Shown in pieces: positions 9,740 through 18,950 of a DNA stretch of 64,000 bases. Origin of the DNA: Pelagomonas calceolata (Eukaryota). Positions within the stretch are counted from its first letter, which is position 1. The number at the start of each line of letters is the position of its first letter. The DNA is taken from NCBI GenBank assembly GCA_918797485.1, contig CAKKNE010000002.1, positions 2,418,001 to 2,482,000 on the forward strand, written 5' to 3'. The notes beneath the pieces were generated by a model that was not told where the DNA came from, ran no database searches, and saw nothing but the letters and a program-made list of their open reading frames with translations. The position numbers and the translations under genes were made by a program.

Positions 9740-12016
9740 TTACTTAGTCTCGACGTCCACGTCAACGGTCGTCGACGGCGGCGCCACCTTGGCGCCGATC
9801 TTCGCCGCCGCGGCGCGCACCGCGTCCTCGGCGTTTTCGAGCTCGACGTCGCGCCGCGGCGGCGAGACGCCGAAGCCCTCGAAGTCAGTCACCGACCGCG
9901 CCGCCGGGGAAGCCGGCGGGGACTCGTCCGCCTCGGCCTGGAGGCGGTCGCGTGCTTGCTGGAGGTCCGCCGCCGCGGCGCCCGATGCGTGGAAGCTAAA
10001 GGAGCCCGTGTCGAATTTCGACGGCGGTGCGTTGTTGCGCGGCGAGCCCATGGATCGCCGCCGGAAGATGGCGGCCGCGCGCGCCGCGATGCCCAGGCGC
10101 GGCGACGCCTGACCGGACGGCGGCGTCCGCTTCTCGCGTTCGCGATTGATATCTGCGATCACGTCGGGGTTGTCGAGGAAGGCTGCCCGCGGCGTCGAAT
10201 TCGCCGACCGCACCGACCCGCGCGGCGTTGTCCCTATCGACGACGCCGTCGGCGACGAGATGTAGAGCGGGTTCTGCGACCCGGCGCAGCCAGGCGAGAC
10301 CTCGGGGTCCCGGCGCCGGGGCGCCGGGTCGCGGAAGCCCTGCGACTCCACCGTCGAGTCGTCCGTCGACCGGTCCACCGCGTAGAACGGCACCTTCGGC
10401 GGCGGGCCCACCGTGGGCGACGCCACGACCGCGTCGAAGAACTCCTCGTCGTCCAGCATCTTCTCGGCGGCGAGGACCGAGGGCGACGGCGAGATGGGAA
10501 TGTCCCGCGGCGGCGACGCGCGCGGCGGCGAGCGCCGCGGCGGCGACCGCTTCGGCGAGCGCGCGGCGGTCGCACCTTCCAGCAACCCACAGATGGCCGC
10601 CAGCGCCGCCGCGTCGGCGCGCTGCGCGGCCACGGACGCGCGCGGCGTCGCCTTGCCCGACTGGTCGCGCCGCCGCCGGGCCTTGGCGTGCGCGCGCGGC
10701 GACCGGCCGCGCCGGTTGCGCGCGCCCAGCGGCGCGCCGTAGCGCACGAGTAGGGACGCGCAGGCGTCGCGCCGGTGCCACACGGCGCTGTGGAGCGGCG
10801 TGTCCTGGTTGGTGTTGCGCGCGGCGGCGTCGGCGCCCGCGTCGAGCAGGGCCGCGACGGCGGCGGCCGCGCCCGCGCCCGCGGCCGCGTGGAGCGGCGT
10901 GTTGCCCCGGCTGTCGCGCGCGTCGAGGTCCGCGCCGAAGTCGCAGAGGGTCTGCACCACGCCCTTGGCGTCGTGGCCCGGCAGCGCCGCGGCCGCGCGG
11001 CCCGCGACGTGCAGGGGCGTCACGTTCGCGACGGTGTCCGCGGGCGCCGACGGCGGCGCGCCCGCCTCGAGCAAGCTTTTGACCTCCATCACGTCGAGGC
11101 GCGCCGTCGCGGCGCAGAGCTGCGCGGCGTCCGGCGCGTCGGCCCACTTCGACTCCTGCGTGCTCTCGTTCCAGAGGTACTTGTCGCCGGCCTCGGTCCA
11201 GCACTCGACCCAGGCGTCCGGCCGCGGCGGCGGCGGCGCGCGGGGCGGCTCGGCCCAGGCGTCCGGCGGCGCCTGCTGCGCGCGGGGCGACGGCGACGGC
11301 GTGTAGTCCGTGTCGTCGTCGTCCTTGCCCTCGCGCCAGGCCGCCGCGGGGATGGCGATCTTGGTGGGCGTGGGCGGCGAGGCCGGGCTCATCGGGCGGG
11401 GCGGCGGCGGCGTCGGCCGCCGCCCGCGCGGCGCGCCGCCGCGCCGGACGCGCTCGTAGATGGCCACGGCGGTCTTGGTGTTCGCGTCGCGCGGCCGGCC
11501 GGACCGGTCGCCGTCCGCGCGCAGCAGCGCCTCGAGGCAGTCAGGTGCAGCGACCGCGAGGTGCAGCGGCGAGTTCCCCGCGTCGTCGGCGACGAGCGAC
11601 GCGCCCCGCGCGAGCAGGACCCGGACCAGGCTGAGCCGGCCCGCCTGCACGGCGACGGCGAGCGGCGTGCGCCCCGCCGCGTCGCGCGCGTCCACCGTCG
11701 CGCCCGCGTCGAGGAGCTGCGACGCGCACGTCGCGTAGGCGCCGTCCAGGTCGTCGTCGTCGTTCGTCCCGTCAGCGACGTAATGTAATGGAGTGCGCCC
11801 GCGCGCGCCCCGCAGGTTCGGGTCCGCGCCGTGCGCTAAAAGAACAGCGAGGCCCTCGCTCGAGCCCTGCGCCGCGAGCAAATGGAGAGAAGACGCGCCC
11901 TGGGCGTTCGTGTCGTCGACGGAGGGCGGTCTTCTATTCGTGGACGTGGGCGTCGTGACGGCCAAAGGGGCCGCGTCGCGGGCCGCCTGGGCGGCGAAGA
12001 GAGGGGCTGCCTGCAT
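9740..12016 (-). CDS. Ankyrin-repeat and WW-domain protein
   Basis: Multiple GxTPLHxA repeats in two blocks flanking a WW-like motif (WVECWTEAGDKYLWNESTQESKWADAP); Pro/Ser-rich tail. Confidence 0.85.
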   Translation of the reverse strand: MQAAPLFAAQAARDAAPLAVTTPTSTNRRPPSVDDTNAQGASSLHLLAAQGSSEGLAVLLAHGADPNLRGARGRTPLHYVADGTNDDDDLDGAYATCASQLLDAGATVDARDAAGRTPLAVAVQAGRLSLVRVLLARGASLVADDAGNSPLHLAVAAPDCLEALLRADGDRSGRPRDANTKTAVAIYERVRRGGAPRGRRPTPPPPRPMSPASPPTPTKIAIPAAAWREGKDDDDTDYTPSPSPRAQQAPPDAWAEPPRAPPPPRPDAWVECWTEAGDKYLWNESTQESKWADAPDAAQLCAATARLDVMEVKSLLEAGAPPSAPADTVANVTPLHVAGRAAAALPGHDAKGVVQTLCDFGADLDARDSRGNTPLHAAAGAGAAAAVAALLDAGADAAARNTNQDTPLHSAVWHRRDACASLLVRYGAPLGARNRRGRSPRAHAKARRRRDQSGKATPRASVAAQRADAAALAAICGLLEGATAARSPKRSPPRRSPPRASPPRDIPISPSPSVLAAEKMLDDEEFFDAVVASPTVGPPPKVPFYAVDRSTDDSTVESQGFRDPAPRRRDPEVSPGCAGSQNPLYISSPTASSIGTTPRGSVRSANSTPRAAFLDNPDVIADINREREKRTPPSGQASPRLGIAARAAAIFRRRSMGSPRNNAPPSKFDTGSFSFHASGAAAADLQQARDRLQAEADESPPASPAARSVTDFEGFGVSPPRRDVELENAEDAVRAAAAKIGAKVAPPSTTVDVDVETK

Positions 12017-12339
12017 TTTGCGAGGCTGCCCCTTATTTGTTCTTCTGTTTCGCAGCCGCCGGTCCTGCTGTGTGTAGTTTTGGAAAGGGCTCTTCTTGTT
12101 CGTTCGTTTGTTCTTACGCAGCGCCGTTGTGCGTTCACAGCCGCCGGTTGTGCCTGCTCCATGCGAAAAAATTCCACGAAATTGCTTTGCACCAACAAAA
12201 CGGGTTTCGCGCGCGATCTCGCGGGATACACTCGGGTTCTGGAGGGGCTAGCTACAATAAGTGACTCTCTCACGGTGGGGACAGAAAAGAAACTCAGCAA
12301 AACCAATTAAGCCGCGACGCGCGGCACACAAGAGACCAC

Positions 12340-14457
12340 TCACCGCGGCGAGTCCATATTCAGGGAGAAGGACGAGTCGCCCGACGTCGACGACGCGCCG
12401 TCGGACGACTCCTCGGCCTTCGACTCGCCGCCGAGCGACTCCTCGTCGAAGGACCGCCGCGGCGTGAAGAGCCGCCGCGCAGCCTCGGCCGTGCCGCGCG
12501 CGCGCTCCGTCCAGTCCACGGGCACGGTCGGGTCGAGCTCGCGGTAGACGGGCACGAAGGACTGGCGCCACTCGATCTTGGGCACGCGCTGGATGTAGCG
12601 CTTCACGCGGAGCGTCTCGACCGGGCCGAGCGGGTCGTCCGATTCCTTCCGGCGATACGTCAACCGCGCCCGGCGCCGGATCGTGGCGACGGTCTCGAGC
12701 TGGTCCTCGCAGTCCTCGATTGCTTCCTCCAATTGCTTCTTTCGCTCGGTCAGGACGAACTCGTCCCGTCGCAGCTGCGCGCGCAATCGAGCCCCATCTA
12801 ACGGTGGCGGCGTCGTCTTCAGCATGAGCCGCTTCGCGAAGAAGACGCAGAAGGGCAGGTGGCCCAGGAACAGGATATCATCTAATCTCGCGACGTACCT
12901 ATCTATAAACCGCTCCAACCGATGGTTGTTCGACCCCTTCCAGGACGTCATCTCCGTCACGGACACGACACAAACGATCAGGTTCGGCACGAAGAAGATG
13001 TAGTAGAAAGCCACATAAGCGTTCGCCAGAAACAATGCGAGCGACTTGCAGTTGTTCGAGGCCGGCAAAAGCACGTAGACAGCCCCAAACAAGCCGAGCA
13101 TGAAGCTGAGAATCGTCAAGAGTGCGAGGGGCACGCGCGTGCCCGAGTTCTCGAGCCTCGCGAGACACAATAACGCCCGTTCGCCCCGCTCGGTCGCCTC
13201 CTCGATGGGAATCACGACGTCCAACGCGTGCGGCGGGTGGTCCTCGGTCTCCTCGCCATCCGACGACTTCTGGTGTCTGGGTGATTTTGACTGGCGCCGC
13301 TCTTCCCTTCTGACGCTTCCGGAGACGCGCCGCTTCGTCGTCCCCCGCTTCACCTTCTGCTCCTTCTTGGAGTGGGTCGACTTCCTTCCTCGAATCTTCG
13401 CGATGGAGTGCTGCACGAAGCTCGTGAAGAGCTTGGCTCGATGTGCCCGTCGGATCGCGGCCGCTTCCACGCCTTCGCCGCGAAAAAACGCCCTTACCAC
13501 GGGCTTCGTGATGCTATGCCGCTTCGCCCGCGTGATCACGATACTAATGTCCGTGACGACCTGGGCCGTCAACCACGCCGTCATCGCGAAGAAATTCGTA
13601 CCCAGAAGGCCGCGGCACTCCTCGTCCGTGTTCTTCGCGAGCTGCGGCACCCACCCGAACACATCCTTGTTGATGGCCGTCAAGACGTCGCCCGCGATGA
13701 TCGGGAGGGATATGACGATCAAAATGATCTTCGGGCTCATCTGCCACAGGTTCGAGTAGTGCCTAAAATAAAGTACGAGGGGACCGGCCAACACCTCCAG
13801 GCCCGAATCGATCTCCTTCGGGTCTCCAGATAATAAAGCATCTAAGATGGGCGGCCGCGAGTCGAGCAGCTGGTCCTCCCTTCGTCTCTTCTCCTCCTCG
13901 TCCTCTGGGATCAACGCTTGCCCCGCGTCCGCGGCACAGCCCCGCAACGTCCGCCGCGCACCCTCCTTGAAGCTCCGTTTCGCTTCAGCTACCCTTTTCG
14001 CCACGGCGAGCTCCGCGGCCATCACCCTTTCCGCACATCGCTCCAGGTGCTCGAAGACCGGTTGGCCCTTCGACCGATCGTCCTCCACGTCCTCGCCCGC
14101 CGCCCGCCGTCTCCTCAACTTCTCCTCGTTGATCTGCTCGACGCTCCGGTGGATGGCCACGTTCGCGGCGGCCCCGCTCACCAGCCCGATATCCTGCAAG
14201 CTCCTCCTTCGCGGCGACGCCGGGTCGCTCCGCGACAGCGCGATGCTCGCCGCGCTGTGCGCCGCCGTGCGCGCCCGCACCACGTGTAATAATGTTTCTT
14301 TTGCCGACTGGCGGAGCTGCTCGTCCTCTCTCACATGATTCACGGCCTGGCTGCGCAAGGACGCGGCGCCCTTGCCGACGGCGCGCTCGAACTCGCGCAT
14401 GGCCTCGTCCATGCGCGCCTTCTGCTGCCCGCTCGGCTTCTGGTCTTTTGGAGGCAT
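12340..14457 (-). CDS. Membrane protein of unknown function with coiled-coil segments
   Basis: 705-aa ORF with about 4-5 hydrophobic helices and biased codon use. Confidence 0.7.
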   Translation of the reverse strand: MPPKDQKPSGQQKARMDEAMREFERAVGKGAASLRSQAVNHVREDEQLRQSAKETLLHVVRARTAAHSAASIALSRSDPASPRRRSLQDIGLVSGAAANVAIHRSVEQINEEKLRRRRAAGEDVEDDRSKGQPVFEHLERCAERVMAAELAVAKRVAEAKRSFKEGARRTLRGCAADAGQALIPEDEEEKRRREDQLLDSRPPILDALLSGDPKEIDSGLEVLAGPLVLYFRHYSNLWQMSPKIILIVISLPIIAGDVLTAINKDVFGWVPQLAKNTDEECRGLLGTNFFAMTAWLTAQVVTDISIVITRAKRHSITKPVVRAFFRGEGVEAAAIRRAHRAKLFTSFVQHSIAKIRGRKSTHSKKEQKVKRGTTKRRVSGSVRREERRQSKSPRHQKSSDGEETEDHPPHALDVVIPIEEATERGERALLCLARLENSGTRVPLALLTILSFMLGLFGAVYVLLPASNNCKSLALFLANAYVAFYYIFFVPNLIVCVVSVTEMTSWKGSNNHRLERFIDRYVARLDDILFLGHLPFCVFFAKRLMLKTTPPPLDGARLRAQLRRDEFVLTERKKQLEEAIEDCEDQLETVATIRRRARLTYRRKESDDPLGPVETLRVKRYIQRVPKIEWRQSFVPVYRELDPTVPVDWTERARGTAEAARRLFTPRRSFDEESLGGESKAEESSDGASSTSGDSSFSLNMDSPR

Positions 14458-14629
14458 GGCGCTCTGTTACTCCTGATACTCCTTTGTCAGCGCTCAGTAT
14501 TAATAGGTGGCCGCTCACGGCAATGGCGCGCAGCGCAAGGCACCTTTTATGCGAAGCAGCCTATCAGTAGCGTACAACGATGCCTTGTCTTTACGCTTGC
14601 TCTGCCGCGCGCCGGCGCTTGCGTGCTTT

Positions 14630-14652
14630 CTAGTGTGTTACGGGCCGCTAGC
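14630..14652 (-). promoter_or_regulatory. CTAG-bounded intergenic motif
   Basis: Minus strand GCTAGCGGCCCGTAACACACTAG. Confidence 0.7.
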
Positions 14653-14728
14653 TCGTCCTGACGACTCTCGCGCGGCTCGCGAATGGCCACTAGTCCCAGC
14701 ACTAAACAGCAAAAACACACAGATCAAT

Positions 14729-15520
14729 TTACGCCGCGGACACATCGGGCTCCTCGGCGACAGCGGGAACGGGATCGTCGCCCGGCGCAGTGTCCTCCTC
14801 CACAACGTCCACGACGGCGTCCTCCTCGACCGGAGCGTCGCCCGGAGATTCTGGCGCGTCCGGCGCCGCCGCCGCGTCTGCGGATGAGGCATTCGTGGAC
14901 GTAGACACGTCCGGGGCCTCCTCGGAAAACGTTCGTACGGGCGGCGGCGGCGGCGGCGTGGGCGGCGGCGGCCGCGGGACGGACCGCAGGTCGTGCATGT
15001 CGCGGAGCTTGCTCTTCGTTTTGCTCTGCGCGGCGACGCCGTACCACCGCACGGCCGCGGCCGGGTCCTTGGCCACGCCGTCGCCCCTCGAAAGCAGGAC
15101 CGCCAGGTTCGTCGCCGCGCGCGCGTCGCCGGCCTCGGCGCTCTCCGTGAAATATCTCAAAGCTTCCTTGCCGGATTTGCGCGCGCCGCGCTCGCCGAGC
15201 AGGTGGAGGATGCCCAGGTCGCAGGCAGCTATTCTATCACCCTGTTTCGCCCGCTCCTTCAGCTCGCCGTGCGCCACAGATTCAGGCTGGCGGTCGGCCC
15301 ACGATTTACGAGCATAGAACGTAAGCTCCTCCGTCGACGGGCCCCACCTACCGTCCTCCAGCGACTGCGGGCCCTCGGGCTTCTTCTCGTCCGTGGGTTT
15401 CGTCCACGTCTTCTTGTCCGTCGAGCCGCCCCAGGCGTCGGCGTCGGTGGGCCGCACAAACTGGGTCTTTGGCGCATCGGCGGCAAATGCCGCAGAGATT
15501 TGAGCTTCGATCGACGCCAT
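14729..15520 (-). CDS. Sel1-like repeat protein
   Basis: Two Sel1 repeats: ACDLGILHLLGERG..EALRYFTESAEAGD and ATNLAVLLSRGDGVAKDPAAAVRWYGVAA. Confidence 0.85.
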   Translation of the reverse strand: MASIEAQISAAFAADAPKTQFVRPTDADAWGGSTDKKTWTKPTDEKKPEGPQSLEDGRWGPSTEELTFYARKSWADRQPESVAHGELKERAKQGDRIAACDLGILHLLGERGARKSGKEALRYFTESAEAGDARAATNLAVLLSRGDGVAKDPAAAVRWYGVAAQSKTKSKLRDMHDLRSVPRPPPPTPPPPPPVRTFSEEAPDVSTSTNASSADAAAAPDAPESPGDAPVEEDAVVDVVEEDTAPGDDPVPAVAEEPDVSAA

Positions 15521-15604
15521 CAGCAGTGCTGCAGAAATGCTGGAGATATAAAGTCTAATCAGCCCTTCCTTGCTTGCTATTTAGGCTTTGTGCTTTGAAG
15601 CGCA

Positions 15605-15628
15605 GCTAGCGGTAAGACACACACTAGC
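15605..15628 (+). promoter_or_regulatory. CTAG-bounded intergenic motif
   Basis: GCTAGCGGTAAGACACACACTAGC. Confidence 0.7.
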
Positions 15629-15789
15629 AACCACGGGAGTTGTGCACCGGGGCAGCCCTAAAAGTGGGGACGCTGGGGGCACTACGACGAGGCAGTAAGT
15701 GACGCCAAAGCACTCGGTGCCAGGGGCATCGCTGCGGCTCGTGGCGTGGGCGTGGCTGGTGCTAAACCAGCTCGTACCACCTCGACAGA

Positions 15790-16236
15790 ATGAGTGATGC
15801 AGCCGCACGAATGGAAACAACTTATCGAGAGCGCGCAAAACGTCTCACGGAGGCGACAGAGGCTCAACAAGGCGATCCGCTAGCCCTCCTGGAAGCCGAA
15901 CGCGCCCGACGTGCGCGCGAGGACGCCGCCGATGACAAGCGGAGACGAAAACTCGGGCTCGAAGGGACGCTGCCGATCGAGCGCCGGTCGGACGCCCGGC
16001 CCGTGGCGCGCGGGTTGATAGACGTTCGCGCGATCATGGACGACTGCCTCCGATCGCGCCTTCCGCCGCCGCCAGAGCCTCCGGTGATCAACCTCGAAGG
16101 GGCGAGACACGCGCCGACGACGGAGATCGCCGGCTACCTGCAAGCGACGAAAGCCGCGGCCAAGCGGTCGACGAAGACCATCGCACGCCGAGAACTCCGC
16201 GAGGCGAGGCGTCCAGCGAGCGTAAGCAAACTATAG
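15790..16236 (+). CDS. Hypothetical protein
   Basis: 148-aa ATG ORF (alternative ATG at 15811) filling the gap between two minus-strand genes; charged, helical composition. Confidence 0.55.
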   Translation: MSDAAARMETTYRERAKRLTEATEAQQGDPLALLEAERARRAREDAADDKRRRKLGLEGTLPIERRSDARPVARGLIDVRAIMDDCLRSRLPPPPEPPVINLEGARHAPTTEIAGYLQATKAAAKRSTKTIARRELREARRPASVSKL

Positions 16237-16256
16237 ACAAATAAGTTATACAAACA

Positions 16257-18632
16257 CTAGCTGTGCGGCTTCTCGCCCGCCAGGCGTGTCGTCGCCACGA
16301 GCCGCCGCGCCACGAGGCGCTCGCGCTGGGGATCCAGCTGCGCCGCGCGCCGGTTCGGCAGGTTGTCGTACCACTCCTCGACCTCTTCCGGCGCGTCCTC
16401 GGCAAAAAGCGTTCTGTAGAGCTTGGACGTGCGGTCGGAGCCGTCGAAGTAGTCGCGGACGTCGGAAGACGGCAGGATGCCGTGGCGCGTAAGAGTGACA
16501 ATAGCGGCCCGCGCGTCGACGGCCACGCGCCGCCGCAGGAGGGCCGCGGTCAGGCGCGCGTAGGTCGTCTCGGACACGACGACGCGCGCGCCCCCGGCGG
16601 CGAGCTTCGTGGACGCGTCCTGGTCCGTCGCGCCCTCGGCCCAGTTCCGCGCGGTGCCGACGCGCGCCGACAGCGCCGCCCGGACCCTCGTGGCTTCGTG
16701 GGCGGCGTCGCGATCGGCCTCGGTCCGCTTCCACGACCCCGCACTGCCTTGCAATACCTTGGCCGCCGCCCGCACGCCGGTCTCGCCGCCGTTCACGAGC
16801 GCCGAGCAGAGCGCCGCCCGTGCCGTCGCGTCGACGTCGCCGGCGATTTCCTCCCACGCGCCGAGGGCGCTCGAGATCTCGCCCGCCTCGGCAAACGACA
16901 CAGCCACCGCAAGCAACGAGCGGGGCGCCACCGCGCCGCGCGCCTCGGCCAAATTAAGGATCTCGCAGGCCGCGTCGGGCCGGGCGCTCAGCGCCGCGGC
17001 GCGCAGCGCGCCGTAGGACGCGTGCTCGTCGTCGCCGAGGCGCTGCGCGACGTGCGAGGCCTCGCGCCATCCTCGCGCCGAGGCTAGTGCATACAGAGCG
17101 GCGTCGGTCGGCGCCGGGCGCGCGGGCGCCGCGGCCGCGATCGCCACGACGCAGTCCACGGCCGCCTGCCGCAGCGCCACGTCGGGGTTGTTCGCCACGA
17201 AGGCGCCCTCGTCGCCGAGCCGCGCCGTCGCGGCCGCGGCCACGGCCTCGCAGGCCTCGAGGCACGTCGTGAGGAAGGCGTCGTGCGCGACCTCCTCCGT
17301 GTACGACGAGGCGGCCCGCAGCGCCACGTCCGCGGCCTGCTTTCCATCGGACGTGTGGATCAGCGTCAGGACAAGATCACTCGCTGCGCGAGCAGCGTCT
17401 AAGCTTGGATGCGACCCCTCGGCCGTCTCGCGCACTTCGAGGGCCGCGTTCATGACTCTCGGACCGCGCGCCGCGAGCGCGCGCGTCGCCGCCTTTAAGG
17501 CTGAGGCGCCGGCCTTCTGCCGGCCGAATGCGTCGGCCGGCGCGACGGCGTCCCGCTTCCGCAGCGCGTCCAAGGCGCCATTTACGTCGCCGGCCTCGGC
17601 GCAGGCGTCGAGCAGCACGTCCAGGGCCGCCGCCTGGCCGCCCGCCTCGCCCCGGCGCTCGAGCTCGCCGATGATCTTCTCGGCGGCGTCGCTGTCGCCC
17701 CGGCCCAGCGCTTCGCGCAGGACGCCCCGCAGGACGGCCGGCGCCGATTCCTCGACGGACGAGCCGCGGCTGCCGGCGCCGCGCCGCAGCGCGCCCCGGA
17801 CGGCGTCCAGGGCGCGGCGCTCGTCTCGTTCGACGTGGTAGGCGATGGCCGCGACGGCGCACAGCGCGTCGCGCGTCGACCGGCCTCGGGGCGCGCCGTC
17901 CGCGACGAGCTCGGCCCAGGCCAACGCGGTCGCGGGCGTCACGACGTCGCCGTGCAGGTCCCGCGCGAGGAGGTCGCAGCCTTCGTCGCTCCCGGTCGGC
18001 GCGAGCGGCGCCGCGACCGCCCGCCCCAGCAGGCACGCCTCGTCGTCGCCGGCCGCGGCGTTCGCCTGGAACCGGCGCGCGGCATGAACGAGCTGGAGCC
18101 CGAGAGCGCGCCGCGCGCCAGCGCTCAACCAGCCGTTCGCCGAGCCCTCGTCCAGCAGGGACAGCGCAATCTCAAGAGCTTTTGGCGCGCGGCACGGCGT
18201 CGTGCACAGCGCCTGGACCAAAGACGAGCGGGCCTTCGTCCCGAGGCTCTGGGCCGGCTTGTTGGCGAGGGCGCGTCGCAGGTAGGCGCCGCAGGCGTCG
18301 ACGTCGCCGAGCCGCGCGCTCGCGACGGCCGCGGCGGCCGCCAGGCGCCGCGGCGGTTTCGCCGCGTCTAACGCGTCGCGGCGGTCGAAGAGCGTCGCGG
18401 CAGCGCTCGGGCTCGAGGAGTTCACGGCCCTGTCCCACGCGTGGTCGACGAGCAGCGCATCGATGGTTCGGCGCTCGTCCTTGGCCAGCGTCGGGTCGGC
18501 GCGTTGTCGCAGGAGCTCGTCCGCGTTCGCGTTGGTTGCAGCGCGTCGTCGCGTTTGGATGATGGAGCGTCGCGGCGCAATGAATGCGCCAGCACTGACG
18601 GCCAGGGCTAATGTCAGCAAGGAAGTGTGCAT
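16257..18632 (-). CDS. Probable plastid-targeted helical-repeat (PPR/TPR-like) protein
   Basis: Bipartite presequence MHTSLLTLALAVSAGA|FIAP; PPR-like segment ALDVLLDACAEAGDVNGALDAL. Confidence 0.65.
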   Translation of the reverse strand: MHTSLLTLALAVSAGAFIAPRRSIIQTRRRAATNANADELLRQRADPTLAKDERRTIDALLVDHAWDRAVNSSSPSAAATLFDRRDALDAAKPPRRLAAAAAVASARLGDVDACGAYLRRALANKPAQSLGTKARSSLVQALCTTPCRAPKALEIALSLLDEGSANGWLSAGARRALGLQLVHAARRFQANAAAGDDEACLLGRAVAAPLAPTGSDEGCDLLARDLHGDVVTPATALAWAELVADGAPRGRSTRDALCAVAAIAYHVERDERRALDAVRGALRRGAGSRGSSVEESAPAVLRGVLREALGRGDSDAAEKIIGELERRGEAGGQAAALDVLLDACAEAGDVNGALDALRKRDAVAPADAFGRQKAGASALKAATRALAARGPRVMNAALEVRETAEGSHPSLDAARAASDLVLTLIHTSDGKQAADVALRAASSYTEEVAHDAFLTTCLEACEAVAAAATARLGDEGAFVANNPDVALRQAAVDCVVAIAAAAPARPAPTDAALYALASARGWREASHVAQRLGDDEHASYGALRAAALSARPDAACEILNLAEARGAVAPRSLLAVAVSFAEAGEISSALGAWEEIAGDVDATARAALCSALVNGGETGVRAAAKVLQGSAGSWKRTEADRDAAHEATRVRAALSARVGTARNWAEGATDQDASTKLAAGGARVVVSETTYARLTAALLRRRVAVDARAAIVTLTRHGILPSSDVRDYFDGSDRTSKLYRTLFAEDAPEEVEEWYDNLPNRRAAQLDPQRERLVARRLVATTRLAGEKPHS

Positions 18633-18750
18633 CGCTGCAAGGTTGTCCCAGGTTCGATCAACTGGTCAAGTAGGAGCAAGTAACAACCTCTGGTGCTATC
18701 TGGAGCCGTTTACAGCACTCACGAAGAGGTTCAAAGTCTGACAGTGCACG

Positions 18751-18774
18751 GCTAGCGGCATGTAAGACACTAGC
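18751..18774 (+). promoter_or_regulatory. CTAG-bounded intergenic motif
   Basis: GCTAGCGGCATGTAAGACACTAGC. Confidence 0.75.
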
Positions 18775-18950
18775 AAGCAGGAAAGGTCGAAAACGCGGCA
18801 TCCCTCAAGATGACGCCTACATAGGCGCTCCGAAAACCTTTTGGGGAGAGCGCTCGTTTACCGCACGAATGGTCAAAGCAAACAAAGGGCCTCCGAAGGC
18901 ACAGTTCGGACCGCGCACGCGAGGAACGCGGGTCTCCGTGGTATGAAACG

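Noticed and set aside
12247..12267. GCTAGCTACAATAAGTGACTC as a further CTAG motif copy
   Set aside because: The right arm is missing; too divergent to count.
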